Counted from the stretch's first letter, positions 1 through 9,198 are shown. The stretch: 32,000 bases of DNA from Raphidiopsis brookii D9 (GCA_000175855.1 ACYB01000021.1:58656-90655); one strand, 5' to 3'. A program made the numbers and translations. The notes: generated from the sequence alone by a model not told the origin.

Positions 1-851
1 TGTTCAATAGCTACTGCTGCACATCTCATATTAGTTCGCATCCACTCTATGGCAATAGACCCACAACCTGATCCAATATCCCACAGCAGTTCCCCAGGTA
101 AGGGAGCTAAAGTTGATAGGGTGAGGGATCTGACTTCTCGTTTAGTTAACTGTCCATCATGATGAAAAGCATCATCAGGTAAACCTGGTAGTCTAGATAA
201 CCCAGATATTCCTATTTGGGCAATACATTCTACGGCCATGGTATTTAAATCGGCAATTTCTGTCTCTTGCCAACTTTGGGCTAAACCAGTTAAAATCCTC
301 TCCTTCACACCACCCATCTTTTCTAAAACCGTAATTTTACTACCACCATAACCCCGGGTGGTTAAAATATTAGCTACTATTGCTGGTGTGTGTTTACCCT
401 CACTTAAAATTAGCAGTTTAGCATTAGGGTAAATATAACATGCCAGTAAGGAAACTGGACGACCACATACACTTACGGTTTCTACTTCTGAGTAGTTCCA
501 GCCTAGTCGAGAACAAGCTAAACTAAAAGCTGAGTTGGTGGGAATAATAGTGATTTCTTCCTTAGGAATATGCCTAATTAAACTGGCTCCCACTCCATAG
601 CACATAGGGTCTCCACTAGACAAAACACATACTAATTTGTTCTGATTTCTATATTGTATAACCTGTTGAATAGAATTACCAAAGGGAGAGTTCCAGGAAA
701 TTTTTTTCCTCCCATCATCCGGAGGTAACATAGCTAAATGACGGTCCCCACCTACCAGAATCTCAGCTTGATTAACAAGTAAAATAGCCGTTTTACTTAA
801 TCCAGCAATTCCGTCTTCACCTATGCCTATTATTGATAACCACTTGTACAT
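1..851 (-). CDS. cobL: Precorrin-6Y C5,15-methyltransferase (decarboxylating), fused CbiE/CbiT type; C-terminal end lies outside the window
   Basis: Absent from the ORF track because no stop falls inside the window. Reverse translation from ATG (complement of 851-849) reads MYKWLSIIGIGEDGIAGLSKTAILLVNQAEILVGGDRHLAMLPPDDGRKKISWNSPFGNSIQQVIQYRNQNKLVCVLSSGDPMC... (CbiE half). It is still open at position 1 with ...LWDIGSGCGSIAIEWMRTNMRCAAVAIE (SAM-binding motif of the CbiT half). Confidence 0.8.
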   Translation of the reverse strand, partial: MYKWLSIIGIGEDGIAGLSKTAILLVNQAEILVGGDRHLAMLPPDDGRKKISWNSPFGNSIQQVIQYRNQNKLVCVLSSGDPMCYGVGASLIRHIPKEEITIIPTNSAFSLACSRLGWNYSEVETVSVCGRPVSLLACYIYPNAKLLILSEGKHTPAIVANILTTRGYGGSKITVLEKMGGVKERILTGLAQSWQETEIADLNTMAVECIAQIGISGLSRLPGLPDDAFHHDGQLTKREVRSLTLSTLAPLPGELLWDIGSGCGSIAIEWMRTNMRCAAVAIE

Positions 852-1049
852 GTTTGGGAGAGAAAATAAAAGTAACAGAGAGTGATAATATATAATAATA
901 TATCCAGATATCCACCATAAAAAATTATAGCTTTAGCCATAACACCATAGAACTATGGGATAAAAGTGATTGCTGGGTAGGCGTTAACTATTTTATTTAT
1001 GAGATTATGAGATTGTTGCTGAAAATGAGTTAAGATCAAATACATTAGG

Positions 1050-1238
1050 GTGAAAAACACAACCCAGTCCCCAGACTTCCTAGAAATGCCAATGACTACA
1101 AGTAGGCAACCTAAACAACCGCAATCAACACTAGTTTTTGAGTGTCATTTATTACACGATGATAGTAAGGAATTATCACCACACATTCACTTGGTGGGGA
1201 GAAAACCAAAAGATGTTGAAATTCTTTTTATGAGGTAA
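1050..1238 (+). CDS. Hypothetical small protein (62 aa from GTG 1050, or 50 aa from ATG 1086)
   Basis: ORF-track ORF only. No family recognised and no convincing RBS. It sits in a 590-bp gap between cobL and the next gene. Confidence 0.2.
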   Translation: MKNTTQSPDFLEMPMTTSRQPKQPQSTLVFECHLLHDDSKELSPHIHLVGRKPKDVEILFMR

Positions 1239-1438
1239 ATCCTATCCAACAGAGTCCCTAAATCACCTACAGTCAGGTAGTGAACTAAATTATTACTGAC
1301 CCGTCTAACTTTGTTATCACTAAGTTGGGTAGAAACAGATGATAGTTAACAAAACTTGATATTGATTCCCTGGGACTTGAGTCCATGCTCCAATTTTCAC
1401 AAGTTTAACTACGTAGTTTAAAAAGGCAGAAGTACTAC

Positions 1439-1750
1439 ATGCTACACCGCAAGATTTATCAACTGTGTTGCGATGGGCGGGAGGTATGTGTTTTTTTGCG
1501 GGATCAGCAACGCTGGATAGAGCGGGCCCGCATTATTGATATAGAGGGTGATCTGGTGACTCTACGTTATGAGACCGACGAAGAGGACGAAGTCTGCTCT
1601 TGGGAAGAAATGGTTCGCTTGGAGAGTATTGGCTCTGTAACTCAGAAGTTAGCTTCTGTACCACGCGGAAATGTGGATCCCTTGATGACAGATGACTGTC
1701 CCGAGTCGGAACGGATCAACCGATTTACAGATCTCAATCCTGATTCCTAG
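1439..1750 (+). CDS. Conserved hypothetical protein, acidic, 103 aa
   Basis: Clean ATG ORF. Its TAG stop shares the palindrome CTAG (1747-1750) with the stop of the convergent MBL gene. No functional family recognised. Confidence 0.5.
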   Translation: MLHRKIYQLCCDGREVCVFLRDQQRWIERARIIDIEGDLVTLRYETDEEDEVCSWEEMVRLESIGSVTQKLASVPRGNVDPLMTDDCPESERINRFTDLNPDS

Positions 1751-3372
1751 GATTCATTCTCAGATAAGCGCTCGAAAGCTGGACAGTATCCTTCAAGAGT
1801 AACCTTAAAGTTATATAATGGGGCAGCGGCATTCCAACACCGTTGCCCTCTTTGGTGTTTACAAGTTCCACAGCATTCAATTTCGGACCAGTTATAGTGG
1901 TATTTACTTCTGGCGGTGTCTAAACTGTTCCTGTTTAATAAATATCTTTGGGATAAACCTTTTATAACTAAATCTTCTCCCTGCCAACGGGCTTCTACTA
2001 ACCCAGTATCAGCAAAATCCTGCCAACGTGGATCCTCTCTAATTTCTCTGGGCAAGATAATGGTAATAATTGTTTCTAGTTCGGTTAATTCCCCCTGGTA
2101 ATTGGCTTCTGCGACTGGGGGGGGGGATTGTATTAGTGTTTCCCCAATTGGCAATTCAACCAAGGTTCCCCCAAGGGGTGAGTGTACGTGATAACGATTT
2201 TGTAGTTCTTCTAGGGTAGTTAGGTCAGCTAAGTAAGTGGGATCACCATGAATAAATACCACGTGCTGGGGACGTAAGTTATGAATTAATTGGGTTGTCC
2301 CCGGTCCATCACTATGCTGAGCTAAAAGGTATGTTTCTGTTTGAACCAGGGGGTTTTCTAGATCACTGGCCATCTTTTCTGGGAATAAAACCACCCAGGA
2401 AGCACCATCCCCCTGGTTAATATATTTATTTAAATCCGATTTATAATCCGTTAGTACAATGCAGGGTGGACTTCCCAGGGTGTCTAAATCCTCAACCTTT
2501 AGTCGTCGCACCCGAGGACGCACTCGCTCATCCCAAAATAAGGGTTGGTGACGAGCAAAATTCTGTACTGATGCAGGTAAATGGGATAAAAGCCCTAAAT
2601 AAGCGTCACACCCAGTTGATACTTCGCCATCAACCCAAATATCTATGTCCTGTCCAGTGAAATGATGGTGAGAGCGTAACAACATCAACAATTCCTGACC
2701 TAACCCCAGCGCTGGTGTAGGTAGCAGCACAGAGGACCTATCTATGATGGCCCGATTGATTCTTTCGGCGATTTGATTTTCCTGATGACGACGATGGGGG
2801 TGGCGAGATGTTCCGTAACTACCCTCAATTAACAGCACATCCAAATTTAAACCCCTGAGTTCTTCTAATCTTAGACCATCTACCAACCGGGAGTTAGAAA
2901 GGAAAAAATCCCCTGTGTAGAGTAGTTTGTAGTCTCTTTCTGGACTCTGGTAGGTGAGTAAAATTGCCACAGCACCAGGAAGATGACCAGCAGGGAATAA
3001 TTCCACCACTAGACCTTCTTGTACTTCAACAGGCGATCGCAAAGGGAGTGCTTGACAAAAGGTAATATTTTCTGCTGCTCCCAATTCTGTCCAGTTTAAG
3101 GGTAACAACTTACTAGTTACTTCACTAGTATAAATAGGCAATAAAGGGAAGGCGCGATTTAGTGATAGCAGTCCCCGGCAGTGATCTGGGTGTGCGTGGC
3201 TAATCAAGACCAGATCTGCTGGTGAGTTTTTCTTAGTGATGGAAGAAATATCAGCCGCACCGCAGTCTAGGAGAATGCGGTGGGGACCCATTCTGACTAT
3301 GACACACACCCCCTCATCCTCATGCTGAACACTATAGAGTAAACATTCTAATTCGTTGGCCACTACACTCAC
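1747..3372 (-). CDS. Metallo-beta-lactamase fold hydrolase of the beta-CASP type, with a Cys-rich C-terminal tail
   Basis: 541 aa. It carries HxHxDH (LISHAHPDHCRG), AGHLPGA, YTGDF and IEGSYG, plus late HSDG...FIHGDP motifs as in beta-CASP nucleases. The C-terminal tail is ECCGTCKHQRGQRCW...EGYCPAFE. Confidence 0.8.
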   Translation of the reverse strand: MSVVANELECLLYSVQHEDEGVCVIVRMGPHRILLDCGAADISSITKKNSPADLVLISHAHPDHCRGLLSLNRAFPLLPIYTSEVTSKLLPLNWTELGAAENITFCQALPLRSPVEVQEGLVVELFPAGHLPGAVAILLTYQSPERDYKLLYTGDFFLSNSRLVDGLRLEELRGLNLDVLLIEGSYGTSRHPHRRHQENQIAERINRAIIDRSSVLLPTPALGLGQELLMLLRSHHHFTGQDIDIWVDGEVSTGCDAYLGLLSHLPASVQNFARHQPLFWDERVRPRVRRLKVEDLDTLGSPPCIVLTDYKSDLNKYINQGDGASWVVLFPEKMASDLENPLVQTETYLLAQHSDGPGTTQLIHNLRPQHVVFIHGDPTYLADLTTLEELQNRYHVHSPLGGTLVELPIGETLIQSPPPVAEANYQGELTELETIITIILPREIREDPRWQDFADTGLVEARWQGEDLVIKGLSQRYLLNRNSLDTARSKYHYNWSEIECCGTCKHQRGQRCWNAAAPLYNFKVTLEGYCPAFERLSENES

Positions 3373-3387
3373 AAGGGGACGATGAGG

Positions 3388-3510
3388 TTAATGTGCAGAA
3401 CCGTTGCCATGATAATTTTCCGAATCATAGAATCCATTTTGATTGCCAAAAAATAGGCAAGCCACGGTAAATATAAACGTTAGTATTACCAGAATCAACT
3501 TGACATCCAT
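3388..3510 (-). CDS. Possible 40-aa single-pass membrane peptide
   Basis: Below the ORF-track size cut-off. Reverse translation gives MDVKLILVILTFIFTVACLFFGNQNGFYDSENYHGNGSAH*, a hydrophobic helix followed by a polar tail. It lies in the 214-bp gap between two minus-strand genes. No family recognised. Confidence 0.25.
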   Translation of the reverse strand: MDVKLILVILTFIFTVACLFFGNQNGFYDSENYHGNGSAH

Positions 3511-3586
3511 TATGTTACCCTACTTTAACCTTTAAGCTACACAACTTATGCTGGCATTATATTAACCTATATTATAGCGAAACTCC

Positions 3587-4123
3587 TTAAAAAATAATTT
3601 CTTTACCTCCCTGGGTAAAACGGACATCTTTAATGTTCCACTCTGGTTTACTGGTAAGGGTTTTGCGAATACTGCCAAAGAGGGCAAACTGCTCACAACT
3701 GGAAAGGGAAGCAATTTGACGACCAGAGTCTGGAGCTACTCGCAGATCAATTATCGCTATCTCATTAGAGATATTTAAACGATAACTAACTATGCTAAAA
3801 TCAGCACTAGTTTGCTGCTCCAGGATTTTGCCTATGCTTTGGTCAATGATCCGGTCTGCTGATAACTTGACCACCTGAGAAATATAATCTTGACATTGGG
3901 CATCACTTGTGTATAGAGTAACCTGGGTAGTTTTGTCAGTGTTACTAAGGGACTGAGAACTGCTATTTGGAGATGGTGGAGGGGAAAAAGGTTGAGAGGT
4001 GGGGGAAGGTTTGGCAGGGTCTGGCAAATTTGTGGGAGCACAACTGCTGACCGCGCCAACTACAATTAATAATATGGGTAATGGCAGTACAGTGAAAATA
4101 TCACTTGATAAACTGAGCTTCAT
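3587..4123 (-). CDS. Putative lipoprotein (possibly GerMN-like domain)
   Basis: 178 aa. Signal peptide with lipobox (GAVSS|C), a Pro/Ser-rich linker, then a ~110-aa globular domain. The GerMN-like resemblance is from memory only. Confidence 0.55.
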   Translation of the reverse strand: MKLSLSSDIFTVLPLPILLIVVGAVSSCAPTNLPDPAKPSPTSQPFSPPPSPNSSSQSLSNTDKTTQVTLYTSDAQCQDYISQVVKLSADRIIDQSIGKILEQQTSADFSIVSYRLNISNEIAIIDLRVAPDSGRQIASLSSCEQFALFGSIRKTLTSKPEWNIKDVRFTQGGKEIIF

Positions 4124-4191
4124 AGTAGTGATGACCCTTGTTAATTCTTAATTAAACAACAAATGCATTTGTAAGCACTGGTAATTAATCC

Positions 4192-5037
4192 ATGGTAAGA
4201 CCACAAAAACAGTTTGCTCAACATTGGTTAAGAAGTGAAAAAGCACTAAACTCCATTGTTAAAGCTGCTGAATGTCAAGCAAATGATAGGATTTTAGAAA
4301 TTGGTCCGGGAACTGGAATTCTCACTAAGCGGTTGCTACCCTTAGTTGATTCCTTGCTAGCTGTAGAAATTGATCGAGACCTGTGTGAACTACTGGCCAA
4401 AAAACTGGGTGCAAGAGAAAACTTTTTACTTCTCCAGGGTGATTTTCTCACTCTTGGTATAGCATCTCAACTGACCGCTTTTCCTAAATTCCAAAGACAA
4501 AATAAAGTGGTTGCCAATATTCCCTACAATATTACAGGTCCAATTATCGAAAAACTTTTGGGTACTATTGCTGATCCTAATCCCCAACCGTTCGATTCCA
4601 TTGTATTACTTATCCAAAAGGAGGTGGCACAAAGACTATATGCTAAACCAGGTTCTAGAAATTTTGGAGCCCTATCTGTGAGAGTACAGTACTTAGCGGA
4701 ATGCGAGTTCATCTGTACAGTCCCCGCTAGTGCATTTTATCCACCACCAAAAGTAGATTCTGTGGTAGTGCGTTTATTGCCCAGAAATATGGAAATAGGG
4801 GCTAATGATCCTAAACTGTTGGAAAATATGCTTAAATTGGGATTCGGGTGCAAACGAAAAATGCTCAGAAATAATTTGCAATCGGTAATTGACCGTGAGT
4901 CCCTGACTAAATTACTGGAGGGATTAAACATTAATCCTCATGTTCGGGCCGAGGAAATCAGTGTATCTCAATGGGTATCACTGGTCAATTCTCTCAATAC
5001 AACTTCTTTGATGTCTGTTCATACTCAACCCAAATAA
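4192..5037 (+). CDS. rsmA: 16S rRNA (adenine1518/1519-N6)-dimethyltransferase
   Basis: 281 aa. FAQHWL start region, SAM motif ILEIGPGTGILT and NIPYNIT motif, the classic KsgA/RsmA pattern. Confidence 0.9.
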   Translation: MVRPQKQFAQHWLRSEKALNSIVKAAECQANDRILEIGPGTGILTKRLLPLVDSLLAVEIDRDLCELLAKKLGARENFLLLQGDFLTLGIASQLTAFPKFQRQNKVVANIPYNITGPIIEKLLGTIADPNPQPFDSIVLLIQKEVAQRLYAKPGSRNFGALSVRVQYLAECEFICTVPASAFYPPPKVDSVVVRLLPRNMEIGANDPKLLENMLKLGFGCKRKMLRNNLQSVIDRESLTKLLEGLNINPHVRAEEISVSQWVSLVNSLNTTSLMSVHTQPK

Positions 5038-5059
5038 AATAATACTAAATAGTCCTAAT

Positions 5060-6013
5060 ATGCGTCACTACAGTTTAACTGCACCTGCAAAAATCAACTT
5101 ATACTTAGAAATCATTGGTGACCGTGCTGATGGCTATCATGAGTTAGCAATGATTTTACAAAGCATTAATTTAGCAGACAAAGTAGATTTACACGTAGCT
5201 AATACACAAACAATTAGAGTTTTTTGTGATCACCCTGAAGTACCTACAGATGAAAGTAATTTAGCACACCGGGCAGCAGTGCTGATGGCCAGTAATTTTC
5301 CTACTGCTTTTAGTAACTTTGGTGGAGTTGACATTACAGTGAAAAAAAGGATTCCTGTAGCTGCAGGTTTAGCTGGGGGTTCCACAAATGCAGCAGCGGT
5401 GTTGGTGGGCATAGACTTACTTTGGGGTTTAGGATTAACTCAATCTCAATTAGAAGAATTAGGGGCAAACCTAGGTTCAGACGTACCTTTTTGTATTGGT
5501 GGAGGAACAGCAATTGCTACTGGAAGGGGTGAGCAACTTTCTCCCCTTCCTAGTTTAAATAACATGTATTTAGTCCTAGCCAAATATAAAAGTTTAGCTG
5601 TGTCTACCCCTTGGGCCTATCAAAGCTATCGGGAGCAATTTGGTACTAAGTATATAAAAAACCATCAAGACTTTAATCAGCGTACCAAAGCAGTACATGG
5701 GGCAGAAATTGTCCAAGCCATTGCAGCTCAGGACGTAGGGGGAATTAGTCATAAACTGCACAATGATTTAGAAAAGGTTGTTTTACCGGCTTATCCCCAG
5801 GTTCTACAACTACGGGAACTATTTGGCAAACAACCAGAGGTTTTAGGAACAATGATGTCAGGCTCAGGACCTTCAGTATTTGCTATTGTAGAATCAAAAG
5901 AGCATGCTGAAACAGTTAAAGAAAAAATCACAGTAGCTATTAATGATAGTGATTTAGAATTGTTTGTAACCCAAACAATTGGTCATGGCATCCAATTAGA
6001 AACCGGGCATTAA
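5060..6013 (+). CDS. ispE: 4-diphosphocytidyl-2-C-methyl-D-erythritol kinase
   Basis: 317 aa. N-terminal APAKINLYLEI and the GHMP-kinase loop PVAAGLAGGSTNAAA. Confidence 0.9.
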   Translation: MRHYSLTAPAKINLYLEIIGDRADGYHELAMILQSINLADKVDLHVANTQTIRVFCDHPEVPTDESNLAHRAAVLMASNFPTAFSNFGGVDITVKKRIPVAAGLAGGSTNAAAVLVGIDLLWGLGLTQSQLEELGANLGSDVPFCIGGGTAIATGRGEQLSPLPSLNNMYLVLAKYKSLAVSTPWAYQSYREQFGTKYIKNHQDFNQRTKAVHGAEIVQAIAAQDVGGISHKLHNDLEKVVLPAYPQVLQLRELFGKQPEVLGTMMSGSGPSVFAIVESKEHAETVKEKITVAINDSDLELFVTQTIGHGIQLETGH

Positions 6014-6039
6014 AATTAGTTTAGAAAAGGGAGATAATT

Positions 6040-6342
6040 ATGAAAGAACCTTTAGAATCCGCACAGGGTAAGACCGCTCCACCAACACCATTAAGATGTA
6101 TAACTGGAGCAACAATTTCCGGAGGACTGGCTTTTGCCATGTATTCATTAATGATTGCCATAGCCACTACCTTTGCCAGTAAACCCATTCATTCCGATAA
6201 CCAAATAGTTATTAATATTGCTTCCGCAGTTCGTACCTTAGTGGTGGGCGTGGTAGCTTTGGGAATGGGAATTTTTAGCATAGTGACTATAGGTTTATTG
6301 GCCTTAGCTATCCAGTTATTAATCCAAGGGAAAAATAGTTAA
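6040..6342 (+). CDS. Small membrane protein (DUF3082-like)
   Basis: 100 aa with two hydrophobic helices. It lies 26 nt after ispE on the same strand. The DUF3082 assignment is from memory. Confidence 0.65.
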   Translation: MKEPLESAQGKTAPPTPLRCITGATISGGLAFAMYSLMIAIATTFASKPIHSDNQIVINIASAVRTLVVGVVALGMGIFSIVTIGLLALAIQLLIQGKNS

Positions 6343-6365
6343 ATATTTAGGTAAATTGGTAGATC

Positions 6366-7172
6366 TTATGCCTTGGAAACATGAGACAATTGGTGTTTTT
6401 TTCTCCACATCTTTGGTGATAGACTTTGATACTGACTAAACTGCCTAGAAAAATGACAACAATTTTGATAGCCGATTTTGGTGGCAATCTCTTCAATTGT
6501 TAAAGCAGTGTTTTTTAATAAAAAGCAGGCTTGGGTTATTCTACGTTTGACTATCCAGCTATTGACACCATTTCCTGTTTGTTGAGATACTTGGTTGGTT
6601 AAATAAGCTGGAGAGTAACCTACAGCTTGTGCAACATCGGATAAAGTAATGCCTAAGTGGTAATGACTTTCAATATAGTCAAAAACCTTTTGAAAATGGG
6701 GAATATTAGGAAATACTAAGGCTGGATTATCTGGTTTGTTTGTTATGGGGGAGTTGTTATTGACATACCAAGATTTTATGAGAGACTGTTTTTCTAATCT
6801 GATATGGATAGCTTTTAATAGTTCATCAATTGTGGTAGGTTTAGTCAAATAATCATCAGCACCTAATTCCATAGCCTTTCTCAGAGCTGCTTTGGAATTA
6901 TTGGCGGAAAGAAAAATAAATGGCATGATTGCTAACTGGGAATTTTGACGCAATTTAGTTAAAACGGTATAACCATCCATATCTGGCATAATCAACTCGC
7001 AAATAACTATGTCAGGTAGGTTTTCCTTAGCTTTGTAAAGACCAAGTTCACCGGTTTCTGCTGCGATGGTGGCAAAACCTTCAGCTTTCAGAGATTCTAA
7101 TAAAAGATTTTGCATTAAATGGTCATCTTCAATTACCAGAATTTTTTTTGATGATTTAGCTGTCATTGTCAA
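6366..7172 (-). CDS. Response regulator with AraC-type HTH output; atypical receiver (Glu at acceptor site)
   Basis: 268 aa. The receiver domain shows KILVIEDD, FLSA and DDYLTKP. The C-terminal AraC HTH shows GITLSDVAQAVGYSPAYLTNQVSQ and IEEIATKIGYQNCCHFSRQFSQ. The acceptor position reads DIVICELIMP. Confidence 0.85.
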   Translation of the reverse strand: MTMTAKSSKKILVIEDDHLMQNLLLESLKAEGFATIAAETGELGLYKAKENLPDIVICELIMPDMDGYTVLTKLRQNSQLAIMPFIFLSANNSKAALRKAMELGADDYLTKPTTIDELLKAIHIRLEKQSLIKSWYVNNNSPITNKPDNPALVFPNIPHFQKVFDYIESHYHLGITLSDVAQAVGYSPAYLTNQVSQQTGNGVNSWIVKRRITQACFLLKNTALTIEEIATKIGYQNCCHFSRQFSQYQSLSPKMWRKKHQLSHVSKA

Positions 7173-7213
7173 AAAATATAATTTTTTAAAAACTTGTGAC
7201 TGTCAATAGAGGA

Positions 7214-8293
7214 TTAAGAATTGAATTCTCTTGGCAAAGATGGTAAAACTATAGTGAATGTGCTACCCATACCCAATTCACTAGTTATTATGATTTGACC
7301 CTCACATAGATCCACCAGAGTCTTAACAATGGATAAACCAAGTCCGGTACCAGAAATCTGACCAACATTATGACCTCGATAGAATTTTTCAAATAGTCTA
7401 TCTTGATCCACCTGGGGAATGCCAATACCTTGATCTTTAACTTTCAGAATGATTTGCTTATCTTCATTTTCAATTAAAAGATGCACAATAGTCGTATCAG
7501 GTGAATATTTAATAGCATTATCTAGTAAGTTGGTTAGAATTGCTTCTATTACGTGGGGATCTATCCATACTTGCTTACAGTCTCCTAGATGATCAAACTG
7601 AATTGACCTCCTATTTTTAATTAGGGTCATTTTTTTGACTAAATTCTCACAAAATTCAATCAAATTTACCTGGATGGGTGAGATAATTGCTTGGGAATAT
7701 TTGGTCTTACTTAAAAATAAAATGTCATCCAATATGTGATCAATTTGTTTGACTGCTGTTTCAATGTGTCTAACAAGTGACAACATTTTTTCTTCTTCCC
7801 ATTGATGAATATTTCGTTTAAGTAGACTGTTGGAAAAGGAAATAATATTGAGGGGTGTACGAAATTCATGGCAGAGTATGGGCACTAATTCTTGTGTATT
7901 TTCTTTGATGACTCCATAACAAAACTCACTTTCTTTTAATTGAATATAGGCAAAATCTATTGTTGCTACAAATTTTCTTCCCCCCTTAGTGCGATAGCGA
8001 GATTTCCAAGACAGACCTTCCACACTTTTGAGATTTTCCCATTTTTGCAACCATTTATTCAGAGAAAAATCTATATCCAAATTACTCAGATTCATAGATA
8101 GTAATTCTTGATGCGAATACTCCGTAACAATACACATAGACTTATTTATATAAATAAAGTCTCCATTATTTCTGATACAAAATGCAGCATCTATGATTTG
8201 ATTAATCAAAAAGTTGGCAAGTTTATCCTCCATCGAAGAATAGCTTAATTGATAATTGATTGTTTCTAGCATGGAATCCTGCGAATTCATCAT
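7214..8293 (-). CDS. Soluble PAS-domain sensor histidine kinase
   Basis: 359 aa with no TM segment and one PAS-like domain (aa ~25-130). H-box CHEFRTPL (H142), N-box LLDNAIKYS, G1 DQGIGI and G2 GTGLGLSI are present. It lies 41 nt upstream of the regulator gene on the same strand. Confidence 0.85.
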   Translation of the reverse strand: MMNSQDSMLETINYQLSYSSMEDKLANFLINQIIDAAFCIRNNGDFIYINKSMCIVTEYSHQELLSMNLSNLDIDFSLNKWLQKWENLKSVEGLSWKSRYRTKGGRKFVATIDFAYIQLKESEFCYGVIKENTQELVPILCHEFRTPLNIISFSNSLLKRNIHQWEEEKMLSLVRHIETAVKQIDHILDDILFLSKTKYSQAIISPIQVNLIEFCENLVKKMTLIKNRRSIQFDHLGDCKQVWIDPHVIEAILTNLLDNAIKYSPDTTIVHLLIENEDKQIILKVKDQGIGIPQVDQDRLFEKFYRGHNVGQISGTGLGLSIVKTLVDLCEGQIIITSELGMGSTFTIVLPSLPREFNS

Positions 8294-8934
8294 CTTTATT
8301 TACTCCTAAGTCTTTGTACAGTACAAAAATATATACACCAGACTGTCATAGTTAATTTACAGCTGGTTGTATAGATTTAACCAAACCCTAATACTGAATT
8401 TTTCCCGTCAATTCCGTACCAAGCGTTCTGAGCTTATCTATTCATTATTTGTCATTACTAAGTCAGACAGGAAATAACCACTAGGTTAGTACTATAAACA
8501 ATATTAAATTGTCTATAGACAGTGATAATACTGGGAAGTACCTTATGTATAGACATCAACAACTTCAATCCTAGGAAGTTTTTGTAATCTCCCATCAAGG
8601 AGATTGAATTATATTCACAGAAGGTAAATCATCCTCCTATTGACATAATTGATCATTAGAAAAGTTTGGCGATCATCCGTCATCTAACTAAAGAAGTATT
8701 AGCTGTAAAGATTATGAGTGTTTTGGAATACAATCATTGATCGATGACAGATACATAGTCAAGGTAACACCGAAAAAATAGACAAGTCTATCTAAAAATA
8801 GTTCATTTATTCCCCTGTTAAATTTGAGTATCCTGAATACATTGACCAATGGAATAATAGATGAAATAAACCTGATAACATGTTAAACCATCTATGGAAC
8901 CATGGATTGATGTCAGAAATTAGGAGTGCATACT

Positions 8935-9186
8935 ATGAAAGGACAGTTAGCTTATAATAGACAGATTAATAAGAAAATCAATACGGATCAAATAGAACAA
9001 ATTATCAAGGCAATTATAGCGGGCAAATATTCTTGGGCTTGTGTTTTACTGCTGAGATTTTCGGGACTTAACCCCATTGACTACATACCATACCGCACTT
9101 ATATCAGATTGCTGAAAAATAATTATTTACTAGGTGGCTCTGGGCAAAATCAAGCAAGTAAAAAAGAAGTGGAAATAATGTGTTAA
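8935..9186 (+). CDS. HetP-family (heterocyst commitment protein homologue) small protein
   Basis: 83 aa from ATG 8935, with AGGAG at 8922-8926. The ORF-track GTG at 8926 overlaps that RBS. The core IIKAIIAGKYSWACVLLLRFSGLNPIDYIPYRTYIRLLKNN matches my memory of the conserved N-terminal region of HetP and its short homologues. Confidence 0.6.
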   Translation: MKGQLAYNRQINKKINTDQIEQIIKAIIAGKYSWACVLLLRFSGLNPIDYIPYRTYIRLLKNNYLLGGSGQNQASKKEVEIMC

Positions 9187-9198
9187 TTCATTCTACCT

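Noticed and set aside
852-1049. Looked for a cobalamin riboswitch upstream of cobL (minus strand)
   Set aside because: The region is very AT-rich. I could not find a B12-box-like GC-rich core or the expected paired elements. The palindrome CCATAG-AA-CTATGG (945-958) is the only structure seen.
1407-1418. Perfect 12-bp palindrome AACTACGTAGTT, 20 nt upstream of the 1439 start codon
   Set aside because: It is isolated, I saw no second copy in the window, and it matches no known motif. It is too weak to call a regulatory site.
8314-8326. TTGTACAGTACAA as a possible NtcA site
   Set aside because: It does not fit GTA-N8-TAC, since the spacing between GTA and TAC is wrong. It is kept only as a generic palindrome in the leader finding.
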